This document shows positions 37,753 to 46,648 of a stretch of 64,000 nucleotides of DNA, one piece after another (the stretch's first letter is position 1; each line of letters begins with the position of its first letter). The stretch is from Chloroflexota bacterium (GTDB lineage: Bacteria > Chloroflexota > Anaerolineae > Promineifilales > Promineifilaceae), in contig JBCCSO010000001.1 in the NCBI GenBank assembly GCA_039199965.1, forward strand, positions 2,191-66,190. The letters are read 5' to 3'. The translations under genes were made by a program, and so were the position numbers. The notes beneath the pieces were generated by a model. That model searched no databases. It worked only from the letters and a program-made list of their open reading frames with translations, and was not told the DNA's origin.

Positions 37753-39225
37753 ATGAGTGCACAAACAAATAATTTAAAGCCATCTCGACCCCAAAATCAA
37801 AACCGACTGCTCAGCCAGAATCAGCTAAAGTGGCTCAAGCTGATTCCCGTGGTTCTCTTGCTTTTTTCTTGTGCGCTGCTTGCTCCCCCTACTTTGGTTA
37901 TTCCTACCCCAATCCCAGATGCTCCGCCCCTACCTGGAACACCACAGGGAGATATTTCAGTTGTTGAAATAGAAGTTTTCCAACAGCCTGACCCTGCCAA
38001 TGCCGTCACAGATCCGGTCAGCGATGTATATCCCAACCTAGACCCAGATATTGAAACGCTGGTCAATGCTGTATCTGAGCAACAGCTCATGGTTTACGTG
38101 CAAAAACTCGAGAGTTTTGGTACTCGGAATGCGTTTAGCCCGGTTGATCAGACAAACTTTGGTGTAGGGGCGGCAAGACGCTGGCTCCAACAAGAGATGG
38201 TTAGGGTTGGAGCAGCTAGCAACGGCCGTCTTCAAGTGCAGAATGATCCATTTTCTCTTGAGTACAACGGCTTTTTTGCAGAACAAGAAAATATCATCGC
38301 CACATTACCCGGCACAGAGCCCGGTGCGGGCGTGATCGTGCTGATGGCACACTACGACTCACGCCCGCCGGATGAAACAGATGGTCTAACCCGTGCCCCC
38401 GGTGCAAATGACAACGGATCTGGCGTTGCTTTACTGCTTGAGTCAATTCGTTTGCTAAGCTCACGCACGTGGAACCAAACCATCATTTTTGCAGCCACCG
38501 CAGCCGAAGAGCAGGGGACATACGGTTCTCGTGATCTTGTACAGCAGCTCATCATTGACGGGCAGAATGTTATTGCCGCAGTTAATTATGACACCGTCGG
38601 CGGTCGGACAGATATACCCCGCTCTATCCGTATGTTCTCGCCTGATTTAGCCCGTTCACAATCAGGTGCTCTGGCTCGCTACTACAACTTTGTCAGCAAG
38701 ATGTATGTTCCAGCCTTTCCCATCGACATGATCGATGCGATGGATCGTGACGGCCGCTGGGGAGACCAGCGAGAATTCATTTACGCAGGAATGCCGGCAG
38801 TACGTTTAACCGAGTCGGTTGAAGACAGCGATCTTATTAATTCGAAGCTGGATACGTGGAATGTCATTGATTACAGCTATTTGCGACAGGTTACCCAACT
38901 CAACGTGGCTGTTGTGGCAAATATGGCAGGTAGCCCAGTTCCTCCGCCACAGCCAACTATTGTGCGGATGGCAACACCGGGTGCATTCTTGTTAACATGG
39001 CCGCGCAATCCAAACGCGGCCGGTTATGCCATCGCTTTCCGTGAAACCACAGCCAGCATTCGCGACTATCCAACCCTGCGATTTGTCAATAATGCGGAAG
39101 CGGGTAACGTTGTTTTAACTGGCTATGATCCAAGCCAAGCATACTTCATGAGTATGGCATCTATCGATGAACAGGGAAGAATGAGTTTGTTTTCACAAGA
39201 GGTTTTGATAGAACCAGCTCCATAA
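37753..39225 (+). CDS. M28-family aminopeptidase with a C-terminal fibronectin-III-like domain
   Basis: The metal-ligand blocks are AHYDS and GANDNGSGVALLLE...AAEEQG. The N-terminal TM/signal is LIPVVLLLFSCALLA. The C-terminal segment of about 90 aa, PPQPTIVRMATPGAFLLTWP...GYAIAF, is FN3-like. Confidence 0.8.
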   Translation: MSAQTNNLKPSRPQNQNRLLSQNQLKWLKLIPVVLLLFSCALLAPPTLVIPTPIPDAPPLPGTPQGDISVVEIEVFQQPDPANAVTDPVSDVYPNLDPDIETLVNAVSEQQLMVYVQKLESFGTRNAFSPVDQTNFGVGAARRWLQQEMVRVGAASNGRLQVQNDPFSLEYNGFFAEQENIIATLPGTEPGAGVIVLMAHYDSRPPDETDGLTRAPGANDNGSGVALLLESIRLLSSRTWNQTIIFAATAAEEQGTYGSRDLVQQLIIDGQNVIAAVNYDTVGGRTDIPRSIRMFSPDLARSQSGALARYYNFVSKMYVPAFPIDMIDAMDRDGRWGDQREFIYAGMPAVRLTESVEDSDLINSKLDTWNVIDYSYLRQVTQLNVAVVANMAGSPVPPPQPTIVRMATPGAFLLTWPRNPNAAGYAIAFRETTASIRDYPTLRFVNNAEAGNVVLTGYDPSQAYFMSMASIDEQGRMSLFSQEVLIEPAP

Positions 39226-39238
39226 TTCAAAATTTTTA

Positions 39239-39736
39239 ATGACAAATGAAACAAAAGCAGAAATCAGGTCTATTTTGGATGTATTAAACAAAAATCAGCT
39301 AGACATTGCGCTTTCAACGCTCAAAGCGATCCAGAATGCTCCTAAAGCCCAAAAGCATCCTTTCAACAGCATATGCAACATCAAACGACAGTCAGCAGCT
39401 GATGGACAATCAATTGCAACGCTGCAAGCGGCACCTCATCTCAACAATACTTTAAAGATTTTGCACGGCGGTGCAGCCTTTACGCTCGCTGATGCAGCAA
39501 CCGGGATGGCCGCATATTCAATTCTCGACCACGCGGCCGGTGAAGACTGTGTGACCCAAGATTTGCACTATCGCTTTTTACGTCCGGCCGTAAACGGCAC
39601 TATTATCGCAAAAGGCAGTGTTATTCGTAAAGGCAAGCGGACCGTGGTCGTTGAGGCTAAAATTTACGCAGATGATAAGCTTGTAGGTGTAGCAGATGGC
39701 ACATATATCATAATTCGGCCGGAATCTTCCGGTTAA
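39239..39736 (+). CDS. PaaI/hotdog-fold thioesterase family protein
   Basis: 165 aa with LHGGAAFTLADAATGMA, the typical PaaI/4HBT-type motif region. Confidence 0.7.
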   Translation: MTNETKAEIRSILDVLNKNQLDIALSTLKAIQNAPKAQKHPFNSICNIKRQSAADGQSIATLQAAPHLNNTLKILHGGAAFTLADAATGMAAYSILDHAAGEDCVTQDLHYRFLRPAVNGTIIAKGSVIRKGKRTVVVEAKIYADDKLVGVADGTYIIIRPESSG

Positions 39737-39793
39737 TTGTAAGGTTTCTTAGTAAGATTATAGAGATACCAACTTTTTAGGAATCAGAGGTTT

Positions 39794-40255
39794 ATGGCCC
39801 AAGTTATCCAAATTAATGTGTCACAAGGTGGCGTCCCTAAACAACCTATCCATAAGGCCTACGTTTATGCCAACGGTGTTGAAGGCGACAAACAGAAACA
39901 CACAAAATTTCACGGTGGTCCTGATAAAGCGGTGTGTATGTACAGCCTTGAACGCATCATGACACTTCAACGAGAAGGGCACAGTATCTGGCCCGGTGCC
40001 GCTGGGGAAAATTTCACTATCTCAGGTTTAGACTGGGATAAAATTACCCCATATTCACAGATTTCAATTGGTGAAGAGGTTCTTCTAGAAGTAACCGAAT
40101 ACGCAGTCCCATGTGGACAAATAAAACACTGGTTTAACGATCAAAAGTCGACCCGCATCTCACAAGAGCATTATCCTGGCTGGGCGAGAGTCTATTGCAG
40201 AGTGCTAGAAGAGGGAACTGTCCGGCCGGGAGATCGTGTACAAATCCGCGTGTAA
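39794..40255 (+). CDS. MOSC domain-containing protein
   Basis: 153 aa containing GVEGD..........HGG..KAV and ENFTISGLD, with a late conserved Cys (YAVPCGQI) as in MOSC beta-barrel proteins. Confidence 0.7.
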   Translation: MAQVIQINVSQGGVPKQPIHKAYVYANGVEGDKQKHTKFHGGPDKAVCMYSLERIMTLQREGHSIWPGAAGENFTISGLDWDKITPYSQISIGEEVLLEVTEYAVPCGQIKHWFNDQKSTRISQEHYPGWARVYCRVLEEGTVRPGDRVQIRV

Positions 40256-40260
40256 GGCCA

Positions 40261-40345
40261 CTCCTGAAAAATGAATACCCAGAGTCGTTTACCTCGGGAT
40301 GGCTGTGAAGCAATTTTAACGCTAGGTGTAGGTAAATTATTCTCT
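40261..40345 (+). promoter_or_regulatory. Conserved leader element, copy B (upstream of the GAF histidine kinase operon); contains a GAAA-N16-CGTT motif
   Basis: Partner of 36239..36322 (see that entry). CTGAAA (40264..40269), 16 nt, then CGTT (40286..40289). Confidence 0.45.
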
Positions 40346-40406
40346 TGAATCTCCTAAACCGACCCTATTATTTGCCATAACTTTAGTGAGCACTACAATT
40401 TGAGGC

Positions 40407-41714
40407 ATGGATGTGCCAATCCCCACACAAAATCAGCAAACCGAAAGACTGGAAGCTCTCTATGATTTGGCTGTTGAGCTTTCGTCTCAAATAAGTTTAG
40501 ATTCAGTACTCCATACCGCTTTAAAACAGTGTCTAAAATTAACTGATTCACAATTTGGATTTGTTGGCTTTTCAGATGAAGATGGAAAGATTCTTGAAGT
40601 AGTCGCAACAGTTGGCTTTGAGCTTGCCCCTGATTTTTATCAGAACAATCGGTTCATCCCACTCCGGCCAAACATCTTTTCATACGTTATTCTGAACAAT
40701 AGACCAATCCGCACGGCTGATGCCCGAATCGATCCAAGACGCGTTGGGCAACCGACAGATCATCCACCTGTACAAACATTCTTAGGCGTTCCACTGCGTA
40801 TACACAATCGCGCCACCGGCATGATTGGTGTCGCTAATCGCCCCGATCCCTACGCTGAGGAGCATGAGCAGTTGCTGATGACCTATGCCGCTCAGGTTGC
40901 CATCGTGGCACGCAATCGACAGCTGTTTGAAGAGCTCGAGCAAACCAATTCATCACTTGAGGAGATGGTTGCGCAGCGTACAGTCGAGCTCCAAATCGCC
41001 CAGCATCGTTTAGCAGAAAAAGCGGAGCAATTACGTCGCTTGCTCCAAGAGACTGTTAGCGTCGAAGAGAGGGAACGTCAGCGGATAGCTCTTGGCATTC
41101 ATGATGGAGTCAATCAGCTCATTTATGGAGCGATGTTTGAACTAAAATCAACAAAAAAACGGTTGCAGAGCGGCGGAATTGATCAAGCGGTGCAGTCAGT
41201 CGACTCAGTTGAAGAAATATTGCTGCAGGTAGAGCAAGAGACAAAACGTATCATATACGATTTACGCCCTCCGATGCTCGATACGCTTGGGCTGGTTCCT
41301 ACACTGCGCCACTATGGCAAGCAGTATCAGCAATACACTGGTGTCCCCTGCTCAGTAAAAATTTTAGGTGAGGAAATACGCATTAGCCCAGCCGCAGAGG
41401 TCAACATTTATCGGGTAGTTCAAGAAGCACTACAGAATTCGGCCACCCACGCAGCCGCTTCTCATGCGCATGTTCTGCTTACCTTCTCACCAGCCACCTT
41501 AAAAATTACTATCACCGATGATGGGCAAGGGTTTGATATCAGGGCAATTGAATCAAGATACCAAGATCGATTGGGGTTGATGGGTATGCAAGAGAGAGCT
41601 GAAAGTTTGGGTGGCTCTCTGCACATTGATTCTAATCCGGGTTTGGGCACGCGAGTTGAAATGGCTATTCCGATACAATCCATTGCACTAGAAGCAAACA
41701 GAGGTGGCTCATGA
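40407..41714 (+). CDS. Cytoplasmic GAF-domain sensor histidine kinase (HisKA_3/NarX-type)
   Basis: There is an N-terminal GAF-like region. The coiled-coil ERERQRIALGIHDGVNQ is a HisKA_3 H-box. The HATPase N and G boxes are QEALQNSATHA and DDGQGF...GLMGMQERAESLGG. No TM helices. Confidence 0.85.
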   Translation: MDVPIPTQNQQTERLEALYDLAVELSSQISLDSVLHTALKQCLKLTDSQFGFVGFSDEDGKILEVVATVGFELAPDFYQNNRFIPLRPNIFSYVILNNRPIRTADARIDPRRVGQPTDHPPVQTFLGVPLRIHNRATGMIGVANRPDPYAEEHEQLLMTYAAQVAIVARNRQLFEELEQTNSSLEEMVAQRTVELQIAQHRLAEKAEQLRRLLQETVSVEERERQRIALGIHDGVNQLIYGAMFELKSTKKRLQSGGIDQAVQSVDSVEEILLQVEQETKRIIYDLRPPMLDTLGLVPTLRHYGKQYQQYTGVPCSVKILGEEIRISPAAEVNIYRVVQEALQNSATHAAASHAHVLLTFSPATLKITITDDGQGFDIRAIESRYQDRLGLMGMQERAESLGGSLHIDSNPGLGTRVEMAIPIQSIALEANRGGS

Positions 41715-42355
41715 ACAACCGGCCGATTCGTGTATTGATGATCGATGATCATCCGGTAGTCAGAAAAGGAATTCGTAGCCTTATTTCCAATTATGATCAG
41801 GTAAAGGTTATTGGGGAAGCCAACGATGCGGCTGAGGGGTTACATTTGCTCAATGATCTAAAACCAGATGTGATCCTGCTGGATATCCGCCTACCGGATC
41901 AGCTAGGGCTAGACCTGCTGCCAACCATCAAGGAAACAGATCCAAATGTCAAAGTCTTGGTACTCACTTCGTTTGATGATGAAGAATATGTCACGCAAGC
42001 ATTAAAAGCCGGCGCAGAAGGATACATTCTAAAAAATGCCACAGACGATTCGCTCATTCACTCAATACAAGCCGCTTATAAAGGTGATCGCGTTTTAAGT
42101 TCAGCCGCTCTGGATATTGTACTCAACAATCTTGGAGGTGAATCTCCCCCCTCAAGGCACCAGATCAACTTAGATGCAGATGAAATAAAAATACTAACAC
42201 TCTTGGCGGCCGGGGCCGCCAATCACGAGGTATCAGACTCCCTCTATGTCAGCTCAACTACGCTCAAGCGCAAAATACGCAAAATTCAAGAAAAAATGGG
42301 CGTTCAATCAAGGGTCCAGGCAGTAGCTGAGGCGGTCAGGCATGGGATTGTTTAA
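41711..42355 (+). CDS. NarL/FixJ-family response regulator (REC plus LuxR-type HTH)
   Basis: IRVLMIDDHP...DVILLDIRLPD forms the receiver acidic pocket. The C-terminal LuxR-type HTH is EIKILTLLAAGAANHEVSDSLYVSSTTLKRKIRKI. The start overlaps the kinase stop by 4 nt. Confidence 0.9.
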   Translation: MNNRPIRVLMIDDHPVVRKGIRSLISNYDQVKVIGEANDAAEGLHLLNDLKPDVILLDIRLPDQLGLDLLPTIKETDPNVKVLVLTSFDDEEYVTQALKAGAEGYILKNATDDSLIHSIQAAYKGDRVLSSAALDIVLNNLGGESPPSRHQINLDADEIKILTLLAAGAANHEVSDSLYVSSTTLKRKIRKIQEKMGVQSRVQAVAEAVRHGIV

Positions 42356-42360
42356 AACAA

Positions 42361-43203
42361 TTAACCTTCTTTATCCAGAGCTTCTAAAAACTTCTCTTTT
42401 TCGTTAGGGTGCATTGAAATGTTGTTTGCAGGATAGGGAAACTTTTGCGCGCGCACTTCCTCATGGAACATTTTCATAGCAGCAACCCGCTCTTCATAAA
42501 GCTGTTTATTCAAGCGTGCAAGATTTCCAAACGCATGCGCGTGACGCGGTGGCTTTTCTTCTTCACTGTCTTCTCCGCAAACGTCAGCCACAAAGGAGAA
42601 AATAGCGTCGCCTGCATTTCCAGACCCAAGAGAAAAGGTGACGATAGACGTTTTACTGTTTACCGCTTCCAAAACGTCTTCTGCAATGCACTCAGCCTCA
42701 ACGGCAAACACCCCTACATCTTCCATACGCTTGAGCGTACGCCAAATCTTCATCGCTTCATCAGCCGTCCGGCCATAGGCACGTAGCCCCCCGGCCCAGT
42801 GTGCATAAGTTGGAATAAGCCCGATATGACTCTGTACCGGAATGCCCTCTTTCGCCAGCATTTCCATGACATCAAACGAGCGGAGGGTGTAGTACATATC
42901 CCCACCACGTCCCATCAGGTCAACCGCGTGGCTTAAAATTTCATCGGCGGTGCCGTGCTGCATCCACGTGCTACCAATGCCCATAAAGTGATGGGGAGCG
43001 ATCTGACGACACTCATCTAGCTGACTGTCCCATACTACAAGCAAATCGATTCCAGCGTCAATGCAGGCGCGCAACTCAGTAGCATTGGCAGGATTGCTCA
43101 TGCTCAATGTTTGGCCACTCCCTTTAAGTGCCTTCAAATCTGCTACGGTGTAGTTACGTTTGGCCGGTTTTCGGCCGAAGTCATAAATTCTTTTTGATTT
43201 CAT
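42361..43203 (-). CDS. Divergent 3-methyl-2-oxobutanoate hydroxymethyltransferase (PanB)-like / ICL-PEPM superfamily protein
   Basis: The start at ATG 43203 (MKSKRIY...) is preceded by GGAGAAA. TVADLKALKGSGQTLSM...AGIDLLVVWDSQ aligns to the PanB N-terminal region, but with WDS where PanB has GDS. The TIM-barrel length is about 280 aa. Confidence 0.5.
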   Translation of the reverse strand: MKSKRIYDFGRKPAKRNYTVADLKALKGSGQTLSMSNPANATELRACIDAGIDLLVVWDSQLDECRQIAPHHFMGIGSTWMQHGTADEILSHAVDLMGRGGDMYYTLRSFDVMEMLAKEGIPVQSHIGLIPTYAHWAGGLRAYGRTADEAMKIWRTLKRMEDVGVFAVEAECIAEDVLEAVNSKTSIVTFSLGSGNAGDAIFSFVADVCGEDSEEEKPPRHAHAFGNLARLNKQLYEERVAAMKMFHEEVRAQKFPYPANNISMHPNEKEKFLEALDKEG

Positions 43204-43298
43204 GGGGTTTCTCCAATTTTTGTTGCGGGATGGTAGTTTGCACAATTTCAATCGTCAAGGTTAAATCTAAAAACTCAACAACTAACGAGGATTATATT

Positions 43299-43922
43299 AT
43301 GGGAAAAACCATTGATTTCTTTTTTGACCTTTCATCACCTTGGACCTGTCTAGCTTTCTACAACATCAAACCGATCTTGGAAAAAACTGGAGCAAAAGTG
43401 ATTTGGCGGCCGTTTTTGGTTGGTGGGGTTCACAACGCAGTCAACCAAGCTTATCCAGAATCACGATCAAACAACATCAACAGCCCCAAATGGCGGCAAA
43501 CATTCCAGGCTTTGATTGACTGGTCAGCTGCCACAAACGTCACAATGAATTTTCCCGGCCGATATTTTCCTCTTCGCTCCGTTCAACCTATGCGCTTCTG
43601 CTGTACGCTAGAAGCCAATCAACCCGCACTCGTCAAATTCGCAGATGCTTGCTTCAAAGCTTATTTCACACATCAGCTCAACTTGGATGACCCGGCCGTT
43701 CTGGTCAAAATTGCCAACGATCTTGAGATGGATGGGGAAGGCATGCGAGCGAAATCTCAAGAGCAGGCTATTAAAGATCATTTGCGGGCCAACACAGATG
43801 AGGCGATTACAAGAGGTGCATTCGGCGCACCGGCAATCTTTGTTCCGTTTGGCGATGGAGAAAGACTCTACTTTGGAAATGATCAGCTTCCACTGGTTAA
43901 ATGGGCCATCAATCAACCATAA
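43299..43922 (+). CDS. 2-hydroxychromene-2-carboxylate isomerase / DsbA-like thioredoxin-fold protein
   Basis: The start is at ATG 43299 (MGKTIDFFFDLSSPWTCLAF). This is the DFxFDxxSPxxY/C opening of the HCCA isomerase family. The C-terminal segment is GAFGAPAIFV...ERLYFGNDQL. The track's upstream extension overlaps the divergent gene. Confidence 0.7.
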   Translation: MGKTIDFFFDLSSPWTCLAFYNIKPILEKTGAKVIWRPFLVGGVHNAVNQAYPESRSNNINSPKWRQTFQALIDWSAATNVTMNFPGRYFPLRSVQPMRFCCTLEANQPALVKFADACFKAYFTHQLNLDDPAVLVKIANDLEMDGEGMRAKSQEQAIKDHLRANTDEAITRGAFGAPAIFVPFGDGERLYFGNDQLPLVKWAINQP

Positions 43923-43936
43923 GCGGCACCCAAAAA

Positions 43937-45328
43937 TTAGCCTGCTGGCAGTTTTATGCGAAATACCGCTCCGCCTTGCGGATGATTTTCGGCCGATATT
44001 TTTCCCCCCATTATCTCACAGAACTTTTTGCATATAGCTAAACCTAGGCCGCTACCCTCATAAACGCGATTATAGGCATCGTCACTCTGCACAAATGGTT
44101 CAAAAAGGCGATTTATGTCAGATTCTGGTAATCCGATACCGGTATCTCGCACGGCAATCTGAACCCAGTTCCCCTCTTCCTTAACACTGATAACAATCTT
44201 GCCATTTGAAGTAAATTTATTTGCGTTGCCAATTATGTTTAAGAGCACTTGGAGTAATTTTTGACGATCCCCCAGAGCCATACTGTTACCATTTTCATCT
44301 GGTTTCACAATTATCTGGTTATTTGATTTCTCAGTCTGCAGATGTGTTTGATGAATCGCATCAACAATCAATTCGTTGATCTCTATGGGCTCGATCCTGA
44401 CATCTTCGCGGCCGGCTTCCACCTTTGACAGGTCCAGTATCGAATTGATCTGATTGAGTAAACTGTTGCCAGACATTCGAATATTTTCAACATCCGTCAA
44501 AATTGAGTCAGACAAGCCCACATCGCTTACTTCTTCTGCAATCATCTCTGTATGGCCGATAATGGCGGTAAGCGGTGTTCGAAGCTCATGACTCATCGTG
44601 GCCAGAAAAACACTTTTTGCGTGGTTTGCAGCCTCAGCTTTTTGCTTGGCCTCGTGCAAATCTTTGAGCAGTTCCGTAATCTGTTTAATCGATTGTTTTT
44701 GGTAATCTTCGTACGCCCAACCTATCAAAATATTAAACAGAAACGCCGCTAAAACTGACATAAATACAACTGGCCGATTAAGGTGCCCGCCTAGAATCTC
44801 AATTGAATGCACCCAGTCATCAAAAACAAAAAATAGAATGGAAACAACAACCAGAATACCCATCATCCAGCGCCAGATTTTTGGGCTCAAAAAATAGAGA
44901 TTGGCAAATGGCCAGCACAATAAAAAAATAATGGTTGTCGGATGGATCCCGCCTAGAAAGAATGAGAAGCTAACAACGATAATGGCACATTCGAGAAAGA
45001 AAACCGTTCCAGTAATGCGAATGCTCTTTGTCTTACGCAGTAGGTAGATGTTTGAAAGAAAGATACACCCAAAGACCAAGTTGCCGAAATCTTCAATCTC
45101 TATTTCATTCGCAGACAGCAAAATGACAGTTGGGGTTAAGAAGCACAAGAATGCAGCTGCAATCGAGATGATCAATATCAGGCGGCCTTTTCGCAGCAGA
45201 TTTTGTATCTCAACAGGGTCATATCCCTCGGTTGGAATCATCCCATCAATCCATTTCATGAACGAAGGAACGCCTCCTTTCCAACCTAATCGATTTGATT
45301 GTGACTGGGAGCGAAACAAGTTATTCAT
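43937..45328 (-). CDS. Membrane-bound sensor histidine kinase (multi-TM input, HisKA plus HATPase_c)
   Basis: About six N-terminal TM helices. The H-box is FLATMSHELRTPLTAI. The N box is NIIGNANKFT and the G boxes are DTGIGL...GSGLGLAICK. Confidence 0.85.
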   Translation of the reverse strand: MNNLFRSQSQSNRLGWKGGVPSFMKWIDGMIPTEGYDPVEIQNLLRKGRLILIISIAAAFLCFLTPTVILLSANEIEIEDFGNLVFGCIFLSNIYLLRKTKSIRITGTVFFLECAIIVVSFSFFLGGIHPTTIIFLLCWPFANLYFLSPKIWRWMMGILVVVSILFFVFDDWVHSIEILGGHLNRPVVFMSVLAAFLFNILIGWAYEDYQKQSIKQITELLKDLHEAKQKAEAANHAKSVFLATMSHELRTPLTAIIGHTEMIAEEVSDVGLSDSILTDVENIRMSGNSLLNQINSILDLSKVEAGREDVRIEPIEINELIVDAIHQTHLQTEKSNNQIIVKPDENGNSMALGDRQKLLQVLLNIIGNANKFTSNGKIVISVKEEGNWVQIAVRDTGIGLPESDINRLFEPFVQSDDAYNRVYEGSGLGLAICKKFCEIMGGKISAENHPQGGAVFRIKLPAG

Positions 45329-45778
45329 TGCACACTTAAATTAAACACTAGTTTGAGTAGAATGGAATGGCCCATTTGGTCACTGAGAATTCTAAAAATT
45401 AGCTGATTTTCAAATCTCCACAAATTATCTGGTATTTGATCGTTTATAACTGAGAAGGCAAGACCCTAAAACTTGTATTGCTTCCATATGGCTTCAAAAA
45501 CTACTGCCAGCAAAAATCATTTTTCTGTAATTCTCGGTCGAATTTTGAATAGCAATTTTAAAGTCGTGGCAAATACTTTGTTCTCATCTCTCAGTCTCTT
45601 CCCTTTCGGTGGCCCTTTTGGTCCACCAGCGGTCGAATTGGTCCAACTTATGTCCAACCCTGCGCCTTTTTGTTTAAATCATACTAATTTAGGGCCTTAT
45701 TTCTTGTCATATTTGTCAATTAGGCTATAAATCAGGTCGTAATCTGTACAATACCTTTGCAACTTAAAGAAGGGCAGA

Positions 45779-46645
45779 ATGTTTGAATCGGTGGATGAAA
45801 CAGCCGAAAAGCTAGCGGGCTATGACTACATTGCCGACGAGGGATTGTCCACTGCTCTTTTTTTGTCTCTTAAAATGGGAAAGCCTTTGTTTCTTGAGGG
45901 CGAGCCGGGTGTTGGCAAAACGGAGATTGCAAAAGTGTTATGTCAGCTATTCGAAACCGAGCTTATCCGTCTACAGTGTTATGAAGGACTTGATACCAAT
46001 CAAGCCCTGTACGAGTGGAACTATCCCAAACAGCTTCTAGAAATGCAGGCCATGAATGGAACTGCAACCACAAAAAGCATCTTTACAGATGCTTTTTTAC
46101 TCAAACGGCCGCTGCTCCACGCCATCGATCCAACCCGAAGCAAAGCACCAGTTTTACTGATCGATGAATTAGATCGCTCAGATGAAGAGTTTGAGAGCTT
46201 TCTACTAGAGCTTCTCTCAGAATTTCAAATAACTATTCCCGAAATTGGTACCATTAAAGCCGAACATCGGCCGATGGTAATTATCACCTCCAATCGAACG
46301 CGTGAAATACACGATGCTCTAAAACGGCGCTGCATCTATCATTGGATAGATTACCCGTCCCGCCAAAAAGAAATAGACATTATCGTCACCAAGCGGCCGG
46401 AAGTGACGACCCAACTGGCAACACAGGTTGTCGATTTCATTCAAGAAGTTCGAAAAGAAGAATTTTACAAGCTGCCCGGTGTGGCAGAAACCTTAGATTG
46501 GGCAGAAGCTCTGGGCTACCTAAGTGCAACTGAAATCACACCTAAAATGATTGAATCAACCTTGGGCATCATTCTGAAGTATCAAGATGATGTCGACAAA
46601 CTAAGCGGTCAAGGGATTGAAGTAATCATGGAGAGAATTACGTAG
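45779..46645 (+). CDS. coxD: MoxR-type AAA+ ATPase, CoxD-like CO dehydrogenase maturation factor
   Basis: 288 aa. Walker A is GEPGVGKT and Walker B is LLIDELDR. It sits at the head of the cox cluster and is followed by a VWA protein. Confidence 0.75.
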   Translation: MFESVDETAEKLAGYDYIADEGLSTALFLSLKMGKPLFLEGEPGVGKTEIAKVLCQLFETELIRLQCYEGLDTNQALYEWNYPKQLLEMQAMNGTATTKSIFTDAFLLKRPLLHAIDPTRSKAPVLLIDELDRSDEEFESFLLELLSEFQITIPEIGTIKAEHRPMVIITSNRTREIHDALKRRCIYHWIDYPSRQKEIDIIVTKRPEVTTQLATQVVDFIQEVRKEEFYKLPGVAETLDWAEALGYLSATEITPKMIESTLGIILKYQDDVDKLSGQGIEVIMERIT

Positions 46646-46648
46646 GGC

